DNA of 64,000 nt, from contig OZ253545.1 in assembly GCA_965262615.1 (NCBI GenBank), forward strand, positions 672,001 through 736,000, read 5' to 3'. Made by a program: the position numbers and the translations under genes. Each line of letters opens with the position of its first letter. The stretch's first letter is position 1. Under the pieces are notes generated by a model. That model was not told where the DNA came from. It ran no database searches and was given only the letters and a program-made list of their open reading frames with translations. Source of the DNA: Alphaproteobacteria bacterium. Its GTDB lineage: Bacteria; Pseudomonadota; Alphaproteobacteria; GM7ARS4; G965262615. Below, piece by piece: positions 1-10,777 of this stretch.

Positions 1-124
1 CATGCATGGCGTTGGCATCAATTTCCGAATGGACGGCAACGGTGCGCACGCCCATCTCGCGACAGGCTCGGTGCAGACGCAAAGCCGTTTCTCCTCTGTT
101 GGCGATGAGAATTTTGTCAAACAC
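1..124 (-). CDS. accC: Acetyl-CoA carboxylase biotin carboxylase subunit, N-terminal part (runs off window)
   Basis: Manual translation from GTG at 124 gives [41 protein letters not shown]; directly downstream of accB. Confidence 0.93.
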   Translation of the reverse strand, partial: MFDKILIANRGETALRLHRACREMGVRTVAVHSEIDANAMH

Positions 125-144
125 TTTTTTTTCAAAATGGCGTT

Positions 145-618
145 TTAGGTGATGATGAGAAGCGTTTGTCCGTATTCCACGGGCTCGCCGTCCGTGACGA
201 GAATGCGCCCCACCGTGCCATCGTGCGGCGCGGTCACGGGATTCATGGTTTTCATGGCTTCCACGATGAGCAGGGTTTGTCCGCTTTTGACCGCGCTGCC
301 CTCCGTCACAAAGGGCGGCGCGCCGGGCTCGGGCGCGATGTAAATCGTTCCCACCAGTGGCGCGGTGACAGCCGTGCCCTCTGGCGATGCGGGGGTGTCC
401 TGTGTGGCGGGCGCGGCGGCGACAGGCGCGGGCATGGGTGCGGGCATGGCGACTCCACCGCGAGTCAGCTCAATTGACACATCCTTGTTGGCATAGCTGA
501 GAGATGTCAGCTGATGGTGCACCATGGCATCGGCGAGCTCATCTATCAGCGCGATGTCTTGCGATTTGTTTTTTTGTTTTGCTTCACGGTTTTTTGGTGT
601 TTTTTTCTTGTCGCTCAT
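145..618 (-). CDS. accB: Biotin carboxyl carrier protein
   Basis: EAMKTMN biotinylation motif, Pro/Ala linker, C-terminal GEPVEYGQ. Confidence 0.96.
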   Translation of the reverse strand: MSDKKKTPKNREAKQKNKSQDIALIDELADAMVHHQLTSLSYANKDVSIELTRGGVAMPAPMPAPVAAAPATQDTPASPEGTAVTAPLVGTIYIAPEPGAPPFVTEGSAVKSGQTLLIVEAMKTMNPVTAPHDGTVGRILVTDGEPVEYGQTLLIIT

Positions 619-1073
619 GATGAATCTCCTGCTCGCGATGATAGCATTGTTTGCACCGCATCTAAAGCCAGAATATAGCCATGACTTCCAAGCCCGCAGA
701 TGATGCCGTCCGCCCGCTGGCTCACATAAGAATGATGACGATAGGATTCCCGCTTGAATATGTTGGACAGATGCACCTCAATGACAAATCCTGTGTAGGC
801 ATTCAAAGCATCCAGCAGCGCAATGGAGGTATGACTCAGCGCAGCAGCATTGACGATGATGGCAGAGGTTTCTTGGGTTATGGCGGTTTGTATATGGTCA
901 ATCATGGCGGCTTCGTCATTGCTATGAGAAAAAGTGATGAATTCACCAAGCGATGAATGCGCGCGGCATTTGGCTTCAATATCGCTCAGAGTCTCCGTGC
1001 CATAAATGTGCGGCTCACGAGTCCCTAAGAGATTGAGATTAGGCCCATTAAGAACAAGAATTTTTTGGCTCAT
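615..1073 (-). CDS. aroQ: Type II 3-dehydroquinate dehydratase
   Basis: LNGPNLNLLGTREPHIYG and EVHLSNIFKRESYRHHS motifs; aroQ-accB-accC synteny. Confidence 0.96.
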   Translation of the reverse strand: MSQKILVLNGPNLNLLGTREPHIYGTETLSDIEAKCRAHSSLGEFITFSHSNDEAAMIDHIQTAITQETSAIIVNAAALSHTSIALLDALNAYTGFVIEVHLSNIFKRESYRHHSYVSQRADGIICGLGSHGYILALDAVQTMLSSRAGDSS

Positions 1074-1092
1074 GATTTGTTTTTAGCACAAA

Positions 1093-2478
1093 TTAATTTT
1101 TTTTGAAAATCTTGTCATGATGATATTTCAAATAGTGCTTGTGTTGGTCTGTGAGCTTGCTGGCATCAATTCTCATATCGTTTGTAATGCCAAGCAATTC
1201 GTGATTGGCAAAATGTTTTGAAATCTCAATTGTGCCGTCATCATTAAAAGTGATGAAGCCTTTATCAAAAGCTGCGTCCAAATTGGGTGAGAGCAACAGC
1301 CCGTTGTATCGGTCAAGGCGTTCTTCATTGTTAGATTCTTTCCAAGACTTAATGTGGGATGCTCGCAATAATTTTTTGTTATTGAACGATGTCACGGCGC
1401 ATCTGTCACGCCAATATGCCAGCAACTTGTCTCTGAATTCCCCTTGTCCCACACGCGCTTTGCCGATGGTTAGTTTCTCGGTGTAGGGTTTATTGCTGTT
1501 ATAAACTTTTTGTAGTTCTCGTTTTTCTTCTTCTTTTTCTTTTTTCGTTCGGGTGTCATCCAGCTCAATAAGATTGAGATGAGTTTCATGATGTTTTTCA
1601 TATCGTTCTTTTGTTTTCCGCTCTTTAGAAGCAATTTTCTCCATTTTTGCATTGATATCATGGTCGCGATAGGCGGCGCGAGAAATGAGGGGAAATGTAC
1701 GAATAGGGTAGTGTTCATCAGAGGATATTTTTGTTTTTACTTCATTGAGAAATTTAATATAAGCAGAACCACTGATATATTTCCCAGATTTTTTGAGTTC
1801 TAGGTATTTCCCATATTTTTTGTGTTCTAGGTTAAGTTTGCTTTTTATGTAGTTACAACAGGGGTCGTCCAAAGATAGAAATGTATAGGGGCGTAGCCAA
1901 AAAAGAGCTCCCGTGAGTGTCGGCTTGCCAAAGCCATAAATTTTTATTGCTTTATTAAAGCCTTCTTCAAATTGAGTTGTGTTAGAGCCATCTGTATTTG
2001 CCCATTCAATTGCCTCTGCAAAGAAGTCCCATAAAATATCTATATCCCCAGGTTTTATTTTTAGTGGGTCAGCCATGACTTTGCGGTGGTTGAGAAGAGT
2101 TGGAATTCCTCTGAAATGAAGAGGTTCGCTTGATTTTAATTTTTGTTCTAAATTGGGGGCATCAAGCACTTTTGACCAGAAAAGAAGTGTGTTTTTTCTG
2201 CGTTCTATATTAATGTTATTAGGGTCACCGTTCTCGTCTTTTCCATGTTTGTAGTTAAGAGTGCCCATGGCAGTGAAGGGGTCAATATCTGTCATACTCC
2301 CTTTTTTTGTGCGGTTATTAAATGCATCAAGTAAAGACTTAATCCATTCGTTTTTTTTAGTTTTGTTAGCTTCTGTCATGCGAGCTAATAATTCTTGCCT
2401 TTTGCTCTTGCTTCCATATGCCAATAATTCATTGGCAAAAGTTTCATATAAATCTGTCCATTCAAATTCGTTTTTCAT
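1093..2478 (-). CDS. HNH endonuclease with an McrB-like N-terminal domain (putative restriction/defence nuclease)
   Basis: C-terminal RVGQGEFRDKLL..CAVT..LRASHIKSW..NGLLLSPNLDAAFDKGFITF (HNH_2 type); N-terminal W..LYETFANELL..DIDPFT; visibly AT-rich; start set at MKNEFEW. Confidence 0.8.
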   Translation of the reverse strand: MKNEFEWTDLYETFANELLAYGSKSKRQELLARMTEANKTKKNEWIKSLLDAFNNRTKKGSMTDIDPFTAMGTLNYKHGKDENGDPNNINIERRKNTLLFWSKVLDAPNLEQKLKSSEPLHFRGIPTLLNHRKVMADPLKIKPGDIDILWDFFAEAIEWANTDGSNTTQFEEGFNKAIKIYGFGKPTLTGALFWLRPYTFLSLDDPCCNYIKSKLNLEHKKYGKYLELKKSGKYISGSAYIKFLNEVKTKISSDEHYPIRTFPLISRAAYRDHDINAKMEKIASKERKTKERYEKHHETHLNLIELDDTRTKKEKEEEKRELQKVYNSNKPYTEKLTIGKARVGQGEFRDKLLAYWRDRCAVTSFNNKKLLRASHIKSWKESNNEERLDRYNGLLLSPNLDAAFDKGFITFNDDGTIEISKHFANHELLGITNDMRIDASKLTDQHKHYLKYHHDKIFKKN

Positions 2479-2638
2479 GATTACAACCAAGCGAACAAGG
2501 TTGCGAAGAGGAGCAAGGCGGCAAGTGCAATGACGCAGAACAAAATCCCTTTGATGAAGCCGATTATAAAATCTTCCATGATTGCTACATGATACCAAAT
2601 CATTGTCACAGTGACAACAACTTGCTATGACACATCTC

Positions 2639-3211
2639 ATGAAAGTCACTGCTATTACGATTCGTCCGGGTCATGTTGTTGAGCATGAGGGTAAATACTG
2701 GCTGATTTTGAAGAACACCATTTTGCAGCCGGGCAAGGGGGGTGCGTTTGTGCAGGTGGAGATGCGTGATTTGAAAAGCGGCAACAAGATGAATCATCGC
2801 TGGCGCACTCAAGAAAATGTGGAGCGCGCTCATACTGAGGAACGTCCCGCCACCTTTCTCTTTGCCGAGGGCGATGCTCTGACTTTTATGGATCAACACA
2901 CCTACGACCAGCACCAAGTTTCATCCACCATTGTGGGTGATGCGCGCCAGTTTCTCACCGATGGCATGGCGGTGACGCTGGATTTTATCGCTGGCGACCT
3001 TGTGGGCGTTCGTCTGCCGCCGATGCTCACCGTGACGGTTGCCGAGTGCGAGCCGGTGGTCAAGGGACAAACCGCGTCCTCCTCCTACAAGCCTGCGGTG
3101 CTGGACAATGGGGTGCGCATTATGGTGCCGCCGCACATCACTGTGGGGATGAAAATCGTCATCAACAGCAGCGACCTCAGCTATGCCGAGCGCGCCAAAG
3201 ATCAAACCTAA
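2639..3211 (+). CDS. efp: Translation elongation factor P
   Basis: QPGKGGAF and KGQTASSSYKPA motifs; start at MKVTAITIRPG, 7 nt after a putative -10 (TTGTCA-N17-TATGAC, 2603-2631). Confidence 0.96.
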   Translation: MKVTAITIRPGHVVEHEGKYWLILKNTILQPGKGGAFVQVEMRDLKSGNKMNHRWRTQENVERAHTEERPATFLFAEGDALTFMDQHTYDQHQVSSTIVGDARQFLTDGMAVTLDFIAGDLVGVRLPPMLTVTVAECEPVVKGQTASSSYKPAVLDNGVRIMVPPHITVGMKIVINSSDLSYAERAKDQT

Positions 3212-4027
3212 ATGGCAAGCCCCGCCGCCCAGCTGCGTCTCATGAGCCGCGCCTGCCGCGCCGCCGCCGATGGACTCATTCGCGATTTCGGTGAGGTGGA
3301 GGCTCTGCAAACATCCATCAAGGGGGTGGAGGAATTTGTCTCTCGCGCCGACCGCATGGCAGAAAAACGCATCATAGATGTGCTGCACGAGGCACGACCC
3401 AATGTCACCATTCTCACCGAATCGCGAGGATGGCAGCACGAAGACACGCCGCGCTGGATTGTCAATCCACTGGACGGCACGCTCAATTTCTTTCGCGCCA
3501 TTCCCCACTGGGCAATCTCCATCGCCTATGAGGAAGAGGGCGTCATCACCGCAGGGGTGATTCATGATGTGCTGCACGGCGAAAAATTCACCGCCCACCG
3601 CGGCGATGGCGCGTTCCTCAACGACACTCGCATTCGTGTCAACACGCAAAAAGACTTTGATAAACTTCTTGTGGCAACAGGAATCAAAGGGGGACAATCG
3701 GACAATGCCCGCTCAATTCTCACGCGCCAACTGGCAATCATGATGAACCAAACAGCAGGGGTGCGGCGATTCGGTGCGGCATCGCTGGACATGGCATGGG
3801 TCGCCTGCGGACGGCTGGACGCCTTCTGGGAAGACGACATTCAGCCGTGGGATGTGGCGGCGGGCATCATCATTGCTCGTGAGGCGGGCGCAATCTGCTG
3901 CGACTACACCACCACCAAAAAAATGGACGACCACCAATTGCTCACAGCCAAACGCATCCTCGCGGTGTCATCACACCAAAGCCGCGCGGTGAGTCGCATG
4001 TTGCGTGATGCCCAACAAGTCGCATGA
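3212..4027 (+). CDS. suhB: Inositol monophosphatase family protein (SuhB)
   Basis: WIVNPLDGTLNF and PWDVAAG motifs; efp-suhB adjacency. Confidence 0.9.
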   Translation: MASPAAQLRLMSRACRAAADGLIRDFGEVEALQTSIKGVEEFVSRADRMAEKRIIDVLHEARPNVTILTESRGWQHEDTPRWIVNPLDGTLNFFRAIPHWAISIAYEEEGVITAGVIHDVLHGEKFTAHRGDGAFLNDTRIRVNTQKDFDKLLVATGIKGGQSDNARSILTRQLAIMMNQTAGVRRFGAASLDMAWVACGRLDAFWEDDIQPWDVAAGIIIAREAGAICCDYTTTKKMDDHQLLTAKRILAVSSHQSRAVSRMLRDAQQVA

Positions 4028-4774
4028 GCGTTCTGCCAAAATATCCGCCAACAAATCATGCGCCCCCAACCACGAACACAAATAATAATGATGATGATGA
4101 CGAGACTTCATAGCGCGCTGCCACGCATCGCGAATGCGGCGCGTCAGCAAGCCCGCAAACAAAAGATAGGGCAGAATCATCACATGACGCGCGTGCTCGC
4201 TCGCCTGCTGCAAGCCCTCATCAATGGTGGGGCGCGCCAAGCCGGCAAAACAACTCAATGCGCGATAGCCGCAAGCTTGTTCCATCATGGCAACCAGCGC
4301 GCGCAATTGGTCATTGACCGCCTCATCGCCATTGCCGCGCCCCACCACCAGCAACACGGTGTCATCGGCAGGAGGCGCGGGGTTCGGCAAACTCTCGGCA
4401 ATGCGCTGGCGCACAATGGCAAGCATACGCTCATCAAATCCAATGTCGCCACCATTGACAATGGTCATGGAGGAATGATGGCGATGGAAGTCTTCGCTGA
4501 TGGCGGGAATATCACGGCGAGCATGGTGTCCAGCGAGCAGCATCATGGGCATCATCGCCACAGTGTCCACACCCTCCTCATGCAACCGATGCAATGTCGC
4601 AGGCAGGGTGGGCTCATTGAACTCCAAATAGCCAAGACGCACCCGCACAGACAAACCACAGCGATGCGCGATTTTCTCGCGCAATGTCTCGCATTCGCTC
4701 ATCGCCTCGCCGTCACGACTGCCATGACCGCACAGAACAATGCCCAAAGAGGAATGTGATGGGTGAGCCGTCAT
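3971..4774 (-). CDS. cbiX: Sirohydrochlorin cobaltochelatase, CbiX family (start uncertain)
   Basis: LCGHGSRD, GYLEFNEP, GHHARRDIP, second domain VVGRG. Confidence 0.85.
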   Translation of the reverse strand: MTAHPSHSSLGIVLCGHGSRDGEAMSECETLREKIAHRCGLSVRVRLGYLEFNEPTLPATLHRLHEEGVDTVAMMPMMLLAGHHARRDIPAISEDFHRHHSSMTIVNGGDIGFDERMLAIVRQRIAESLPNPAPPADDTVLLVVGRGNGDEAVNDQLRALVAMMEQACGYRALSCFAGLARPTIDEGLQQASEHARHVMILPYLLFAGLLTRRIRDAWQRAMKSRHHHHYYLCSWLGAHDLLADILAERSCDLLGITQHATHRAALV

Positions 4775-5727
4775 TGTGTTTGCTGGCACTGGCTTTGGTG
4801 CTGGATTGTGTGTGGGGCGGTGTTTTGTGTCGTCACCCCATGAGGTTTCATCCCGTGCGGGTGATGGGGCGCGCAGTGGAGCTGTTCAATCGCTACGGCA
4901 ATCATCGGCATCATGGCATGGTGCTCGCGCGTGTCATTGGATTTGTGGGAGCGGTGACGCTCATTCTTATGGCGGCTGCTGTCGGATGGGTCGTGGAACA
5001 CGCCATCTTGCACAATGACAGGCAGTGGTTGCAGGCTATTCTCATTGCGTTCATTGCTTTGCATCTCGCTCCTCGTGAACTGCACATTCGCATGGCTGAT
5101 ATAGGGCAGGCTATGCAAAAGGGCAACATCAATCAAGCGCGTGATGGGCTCAAGCATCTGGTGGGACGCAAAACACAAAATCTATCATCCAGTGATATCG
5201 CTCGCGCCACCATTGAAAGCGGATTTGAAAACTTTGTGGATGGCGTGTTATCTCCAGTCTTTTGGTATGTGTGTGGCGGCGTGGCGGGGCTGTGTGCCTT
5301 CAAGATGGCAAGCACTTTGGATAGCATGATCGGCTATCGCACGCCTCTGTATCGCCATTTTGGTTGGGGCGCGGCGCGCATTGATGATGCCCTTACCATG
5401 ATTCCTGCGCGCCTGTCGGTGGTGTGGATCGCTTTTGCCAGTCTGTTTGTGGCGGGTAGCGATGGATGGCGCGCCCTCAAACGAGGATACAAAGATGGAC
5501 ATAAGCATGATTCTTTCAATGCCGGATACAGTGAAGCCGCGGCGGGCGGTGCGCTCAATGTGGCACTGGGAGGCACCCGTCATTATCAGGGGCGGGTTGT
5601 GCGGGACCCCTTCATTGGCGGTGACACCGTCACACTGACGCATCGGCATATCGGTCATGCTATTGTGCTGTATCAATCGGCTTGGATATGCCTTTGGGTC
5701 GCTTTTGCCAGCTTTTGTGTTGTGTAA
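4759..5727 (+). CDS. cbiB: Adenosylcobinamide-phosphate synthase CbiB/CobD
   Basis: HPV..MG, LVGRKT, IESGFENFVDG, TLDSMIGY, FGWGAARIDD, NAGYSEAA motifs. Confidence 0.92.
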   Translation: MGEPSLCLLALALVLDCVWGGVLCRHPMRFHPVRVMGRAVELFNRYGNHRHHGMVLARVIGFVGAVTLILMAAAVGWVVEHAILHNDRQWLQAILIAFIALHLAPRELHIRMADIGQAMQKGNINQARDGLKHLVGRKTQNLSSSDIARATIESGFENFVDGVLSPVFWYVCGGVAGLCAFKMASTLDSMIGYRTPLYRHFGWGAARIDDALTMIPARLSVVWIAFASLFVAGSDGWRALKRGYKDGHKHDSFNAGYSEAAAGGALNVALGGTRHYQGRVVRDPFIGGDTVTLTHRHIGHAIVLYQSAWICLWVAFASFCVV

Positions 5728-5852
5728 AATTTTAACAAAAGAAGCGCGTTCGGTAGCTTGTATTACGCGTCAATTTTCGGTAAAACAGAGTGTGAATGAA
5801 GAATGACTTTGTGTGCTTTATAATCATAGCCACAGGAAAGGATGACGACATC

Positions 5853-6626
5853 ATGACATGCGAGAACAAAAGGAATGATGAATCAGTGCTGACAAAATTC
5901 AGTCGTTGCGTGGGTGAAGTGAGTTCCTTTGCAGCGATGGTGGTTGCTGGTGTGCTGGTGCTGGGAAGCATGAGTGACGCACACGCGCAAAAGCAATATC
6001 GGGGGAGTCTTGTCAACTTGTTGGATGGCAGCTATATCGCTGTGGGCGGTGGCTATAGTTTTTCTGATTTAGCCCTCCACTATAACGGCACTCGCTATGG
6101 ACGGCTGCGAGACAGTGGGGCATTTTTGTCTGTGTCTTTGGGAACGGCGGATGTCATTGAGGAGCGGTATTATCTCGGATTGGAAATTCTGGCGGGGACA
6201 TCCGCTGCTGCGTCATCAACGGCGGGCAAGAGAATCTCTCCCTTACCCACGCGCGATGTGTCCATTGCTCTTGACCATGAATACAGTGTTGCGGCCTACC
6301 TCAAAGGGGGATTTTTCGTGGATAATGATGCATTGCTCTATATGATATTTGGATGGTCACGATCTGGCTATGATATCAAGACCATCACTCAAGATGCTGG
6401 CAGTGATCCGGTCTATCACAAGATTGATATTTTCATGGATGGCTTTGCGTGGGGACTTGGGTTTGAATATCCGGTGCTGGAGAACTTCAATGCCCGTATG
6501 CAGTATCGTCTCACCAGCTATTGGGAAGGGCAGACCTATTCCATCGCCAGCGGTGATGATGTGGGAACGACCGCGGATCAAAGCAATGAGCATCACTTCA
6601 CTTTCGGAATCGGCTATCAGTTTTGA
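5853..6626 (+). CDS. Small outer-membrane beta-barrel protein (OmpA-TM/Omp25/opacity-like)
   Basis: Signal peptide ending AHA, amphipathic beta strands, C-terminal FTFGIGYQF; SD-like AGGAAAGGA and TATAAT (5819) upstream. Confidence 0.8.
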   Translation: MTCENKRNDESVLTKFSRCVGEVSSFAAMVVAGVLVLGSMSDAHAQKQYRGSLVNLLDGSYIAVGGGYSFSDLALHYNGTRYGRLRDSGAFLSVSLGTADVIEERYYLGLEILAGTSAAASSTAGKRISPLPTRDVSIALDHEYSVAAYLKGGFFVDNDALLYMIFGWSRSGYDIKTITQDAGSDPVYHKIDIFMDGFAWGLGFEYPVLENFNARMQYRLTSYWEGQTYSIASGDDVGTTADQSNEHHFTFGIGYQF

Positions 6627-6643
6627 GGAGCGAGGATGACACA

Positions 6644-7462
6644 ATGAGTAAAATCACGAATAAAATCACGATGACACGGAGTTTGTTTTTTGCTGGGGCT
6701 TTGATGATGGTTGCGTCTTCGTCTCATGCTCTTCTTCCTTGGCAGCAAGGGGATGGATTCTATGTGGGCGTGGGCGGCGGTTATGGGTATGGCGATTTTC
6801 ATGCCGATCTCTCCACTGCCGATGGCGAACTCAGTGGTGACGGATTCACCGCTGACCCTGATAATGCCTTCGGGTCTCTCTATGCTGGCTATGGAGAAAT
6901 TTTTAATGAGCGGTATTATGTCGCCGCCGAATTTGGGCTCGGCTTGTGGGCGGGAGGAGATCGCTCCAACGCCGTTAATATACGACCCTACATTGATGAG
7001 GTTCTCAGCAGTGGTGCCAATGTTCCCTCTGTCATCAATGGACGATTTTTCGCTGAGCCCAAACAAGATTTCTCTATCTATTCTCGCGTGGGCTACCTTC
7101 TCCCAGAGGACAGGGGGCTTCTTTATCTGGTGCTGGGATGGACCTACGGTGTCCAGACGCTTTCCTTCAGCACGGAGGGCTTTACATCAGGCACAACTGC
7201 GATCCCTGCTTCGTTTGCCAGCGACAATGTGGGTTTGAGCTCCTTTACCTATGGCGCAGGATTGGAACTCCCTGTCGCAGACACCCTCGCCATGCGCATT
7301 CAATATCGCTACATTGACTTTGGCAGCAACGCCTTGGTCGCTTTGGATGATTTGAATGATCGGTGGCAATCAATCCTCGGTTCTGGTGAGTCACTGGGGC
7401 TCAGCAGCAGCTCTGGCAGTGGCACTCATGTTTTGAGTCTCGGTTTGGGCTATTTCTTCTAA
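6644..7462 (+). CDS. Small outer-membrane beta-barrel protein
   Basis: Signal peptide, GFYVGVGGGYG, YGAGLE, C-terminal LSLGLGYFF. Confidence 0.82.
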   Translation: MSKITNKITMTRSLFFAGALMMVASSSHALLPWQQGDGFYVGVGGGYGYGDFHADLSTADGELSGDGFTADPDNAFGSLYAGYGEIFNERYYVAAEFGLGLWAGGDRSNAVNIRPYIDEVLSSGANVPSVINGRFFAEPKQDFSIYSRVGYLLPEDRGLLYLVLGWTYGVQTLSFSTEGFTSGTTAIPASFASDNVGLSSFTYGAGLELPVADTLAMRIQYRYIDFGSNALVALDDLNDRWQSILGSGESLGLSSSSGSGTHVLSLGLGYFF

Positions 7463-7467
7463 TCTGA

Positions 7468-8232
7468 ATGGGCAGCACTATGGTTATGACTTTTTACTCT
7501 TCTTTTGATCGTTTCATCATGCGTGTGGGAACACTCATCATTGTTGGTGTGATGATGGGTGGATTCATCGTTTCTGCTCATGCACAAACGCGGGAAATGT
7601 CCTATCCTCAATTGCGGGAAGGCACATATCTGACCCTCTTTGCGGGACCCTCTTTGTCTCATAGCGGCGTGGATAAAGCCATTGTCGGAACAGAGCGGCG
7701 AGAAGTCGCCTTCGTGCACGGCAATGACTACGGCGGATTTGGGGGAATCGCTTATGGAATCATGGAGAAGGATTTGTTCTATGGCGTTCGTCCTGAAATT
7801 GAATTCTCTTTGGCACAATACCAATTGCGTGATGCTCGTGCCGGTGACACCCGCACGCCCAATTTTGAGTCTCGCAGCTTGCGATTGATGATGAACGCTT
7901 ATTACGATTTGCCGTTTGATAATTTCGGCTATCTGCATTCTCTCTATGTGGGCACAGGAATCGGCTTTGCTTTTTATGACTTTGCCGAGCGTCGGGTGGC
8001 AGATTCCATTCGCAACCACACCGATCCGGAAGTCTTGTTTGGGTATCAGTTTATGGCGGGGGTGACCTTTGCTCTCAATGATCGGTTGGGGCTCAATGCG
8101 GGCTATCGCTATTTTTCCACCAACAATGCCTCTATTTTTTATCAAGCCGAGAACGAACTCGCAGAGACCGAGCTCAAGGAATTTGAATTGCACACCCACG
8201 CCATTGAACTGGGCGTGCGCTACGGGTTTTAA
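7468..8232 (+). CDS. Opacity-like outer-membrane beta-barrel protein
   Basis: RPEIEFS, LMMNAYYD, YVGTGIG, GYQFMAG, GYRYF, C-terminal LGVRYGF. Confidence 0.85.
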   Translation: MGSTMVMTFYSSFDRFIMRVGTLIIVGVMMGGFIVSAHAQTREMSYPQLREGTYLTLFAGPSLSHSGVDKAIVGTERREVAFVHGNDYGGFGGIAYGIMEKDLFYGVRPEIEFSLAQYQLRDARAGDTRTPNFESRSLRLMMNAYYDLPFDNFGYLHSLYVGTGIGFAFYDFAERRVADSIRNHTDPEVLFGYQFMAGVTFALNDRLGLNAGYRYFSTNNASIFYQAENELAETELKEFELHTHAIELGVRYGF

Positions 8233-8251
8233 TTCATCATGATTTTCTTGT

Positions 8252-8893
8252 GTGCTCCATGAATCATTGCTCATTGGAAGCGATGATGGGTGGATGATGG
8301 GCGTTTTTTTTGTTATTATTTTGTCTCTTGTGTCCTCGTCTGTGTGGGGAGTGGGTGTCTCGCGCGATGAGAGTGGGGTGTATGATGGCACGATTTATGA
8401 TGCTCAAGGTTTCTACATGGGCGGTTTTACGGGGTATGTGATGGGAGACGATAATGCCATCAGTAATGATGGCATCAATGCGGGCGGCTTTGTGGGGTAT
8501 GGGCAATGGTTTCCTTTGCTTGATGATGATGATATTTATATGGGGTTGGAGTTTCGTCTGTCGCATTTTGACATGAGTTATCGTGATGGCGTTTCTGCCA
8601 CGCCGTTGCGTCTTCGTTATGTCTGGTCGGCGGTTTTTCGTGTGGGGCGTGTGGCTGCTTTTCGCGAGCCGTTGTTGTATTATGTGACGCTGGGGGCGGG
8701 GCGTGTGCGTTTGGCTCGTGATGGCATGAGTCGGCATCATGATGGGTTTGTGTGGGGAGCGGGCTTGCGCTTGCCGTTGCAGGATCGTTTGTATGTGAGG
8801 GGAGAGTATCAGTATTTGGATGGGGGAAGATTTTTGGGATACGATGTGGATGCGTTTCACTCATTTAATATGGGCATTTTGGTGCAATTTTGA
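8252..8893 (+). CDS. Small outer-membrane beta-barrel protein (Omp25-like; start uncertain)
   Basis: GFYMGGFTGY, GGFVGY, GFVWGAG, RGEYQY, terminal F. Confidence 0.75.
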   Translation: MLHESLLIGSDDGWMMGVFFVIILSLVSSSVWGVGVSRDESGVYDGTIYDAQGFYMGGFTGYVMGDDNAISNDGINAGGFVGYGQWFPLLDDDDIYMGLEFRLSHFDMSYRDGVSATPLRLRYVWSAVFRVGRVAAFREPLLYYVTLGAGRVRLARDGMSRHHDGFVWGAGLRLPLQDRLYVRGEYQYLDGGRFLGYDVDAFHSFNMGILVQF

Positions 8894-8917
8894 CTCAATT
8901 TTGACTCAATTTTGACT
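8885..8917 (+). repeat. Three tandem 11-bp repeats CAATTTTGACT
   Basis: Exact triplication read from sequence, abutting the putative 16S promoter. Confidence 0.9.
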
Positions 8918-8918
8918 C

Positions 8919-8947
8919 TTGACCTTTTGCTCTGGATGGTCTAGGTG
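8919..8947 (+). promoter_or_regulatory. Putative sigma70 promoter of 16S rRNA
   Basis: TTGACC-N17-TAGGTG about 175 nt upstream of 16S and just upstream of the 5' arm of the processing stem. Confidence 0.6.
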
Positions 8948-9119
8948 TCGTTATGGGAGTCCTCTGATGAGGGGGGTCTTTGCTGTGACGAATCGTGAAA
9001 AGGAATCGGTGGGCGGCGATCGGTGATGATCGTGACGCTCACATTCTATGTGCAAGCGTCAATGATTCTGTGTGTTGCATTTTGTGTGGCGCATGGGATT
9101 TTACAGCCGTACCGGCTGT

Positions 9120-10620
<1,501 letters not shown>

Positions 10621-10690
10621 AGAGTATGCCGGGGAGATACTATTCTCGGCTTGTCTGACAACATTGCCATCGCCGTCCGCCGATTCCTTT

Positions 10691-10750
10691 TCACAATTCC
10701 ATGGTCACAATTCCATGGTCACAATTCTATGGTCACAATTCTATGGTCAC
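10691..10750 (+). repeat. Four tandem 14-bp repeats TCACAATTC(C/T)ATGG
   Basis: Read directly; first unit overlaps the 3' arm of the 16S processing stem. Confidence 0.9.
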
Positions 10751-10777
10751 ACAATGTGTGAACAGACGGCGTGATGA

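Noticed and set aside
2479-2649. 57-aa N-terminal extension of the HNH ORF
   Set aside because: Overlaps the efp promoter and start; composition shift and domain start point to Met at 2478
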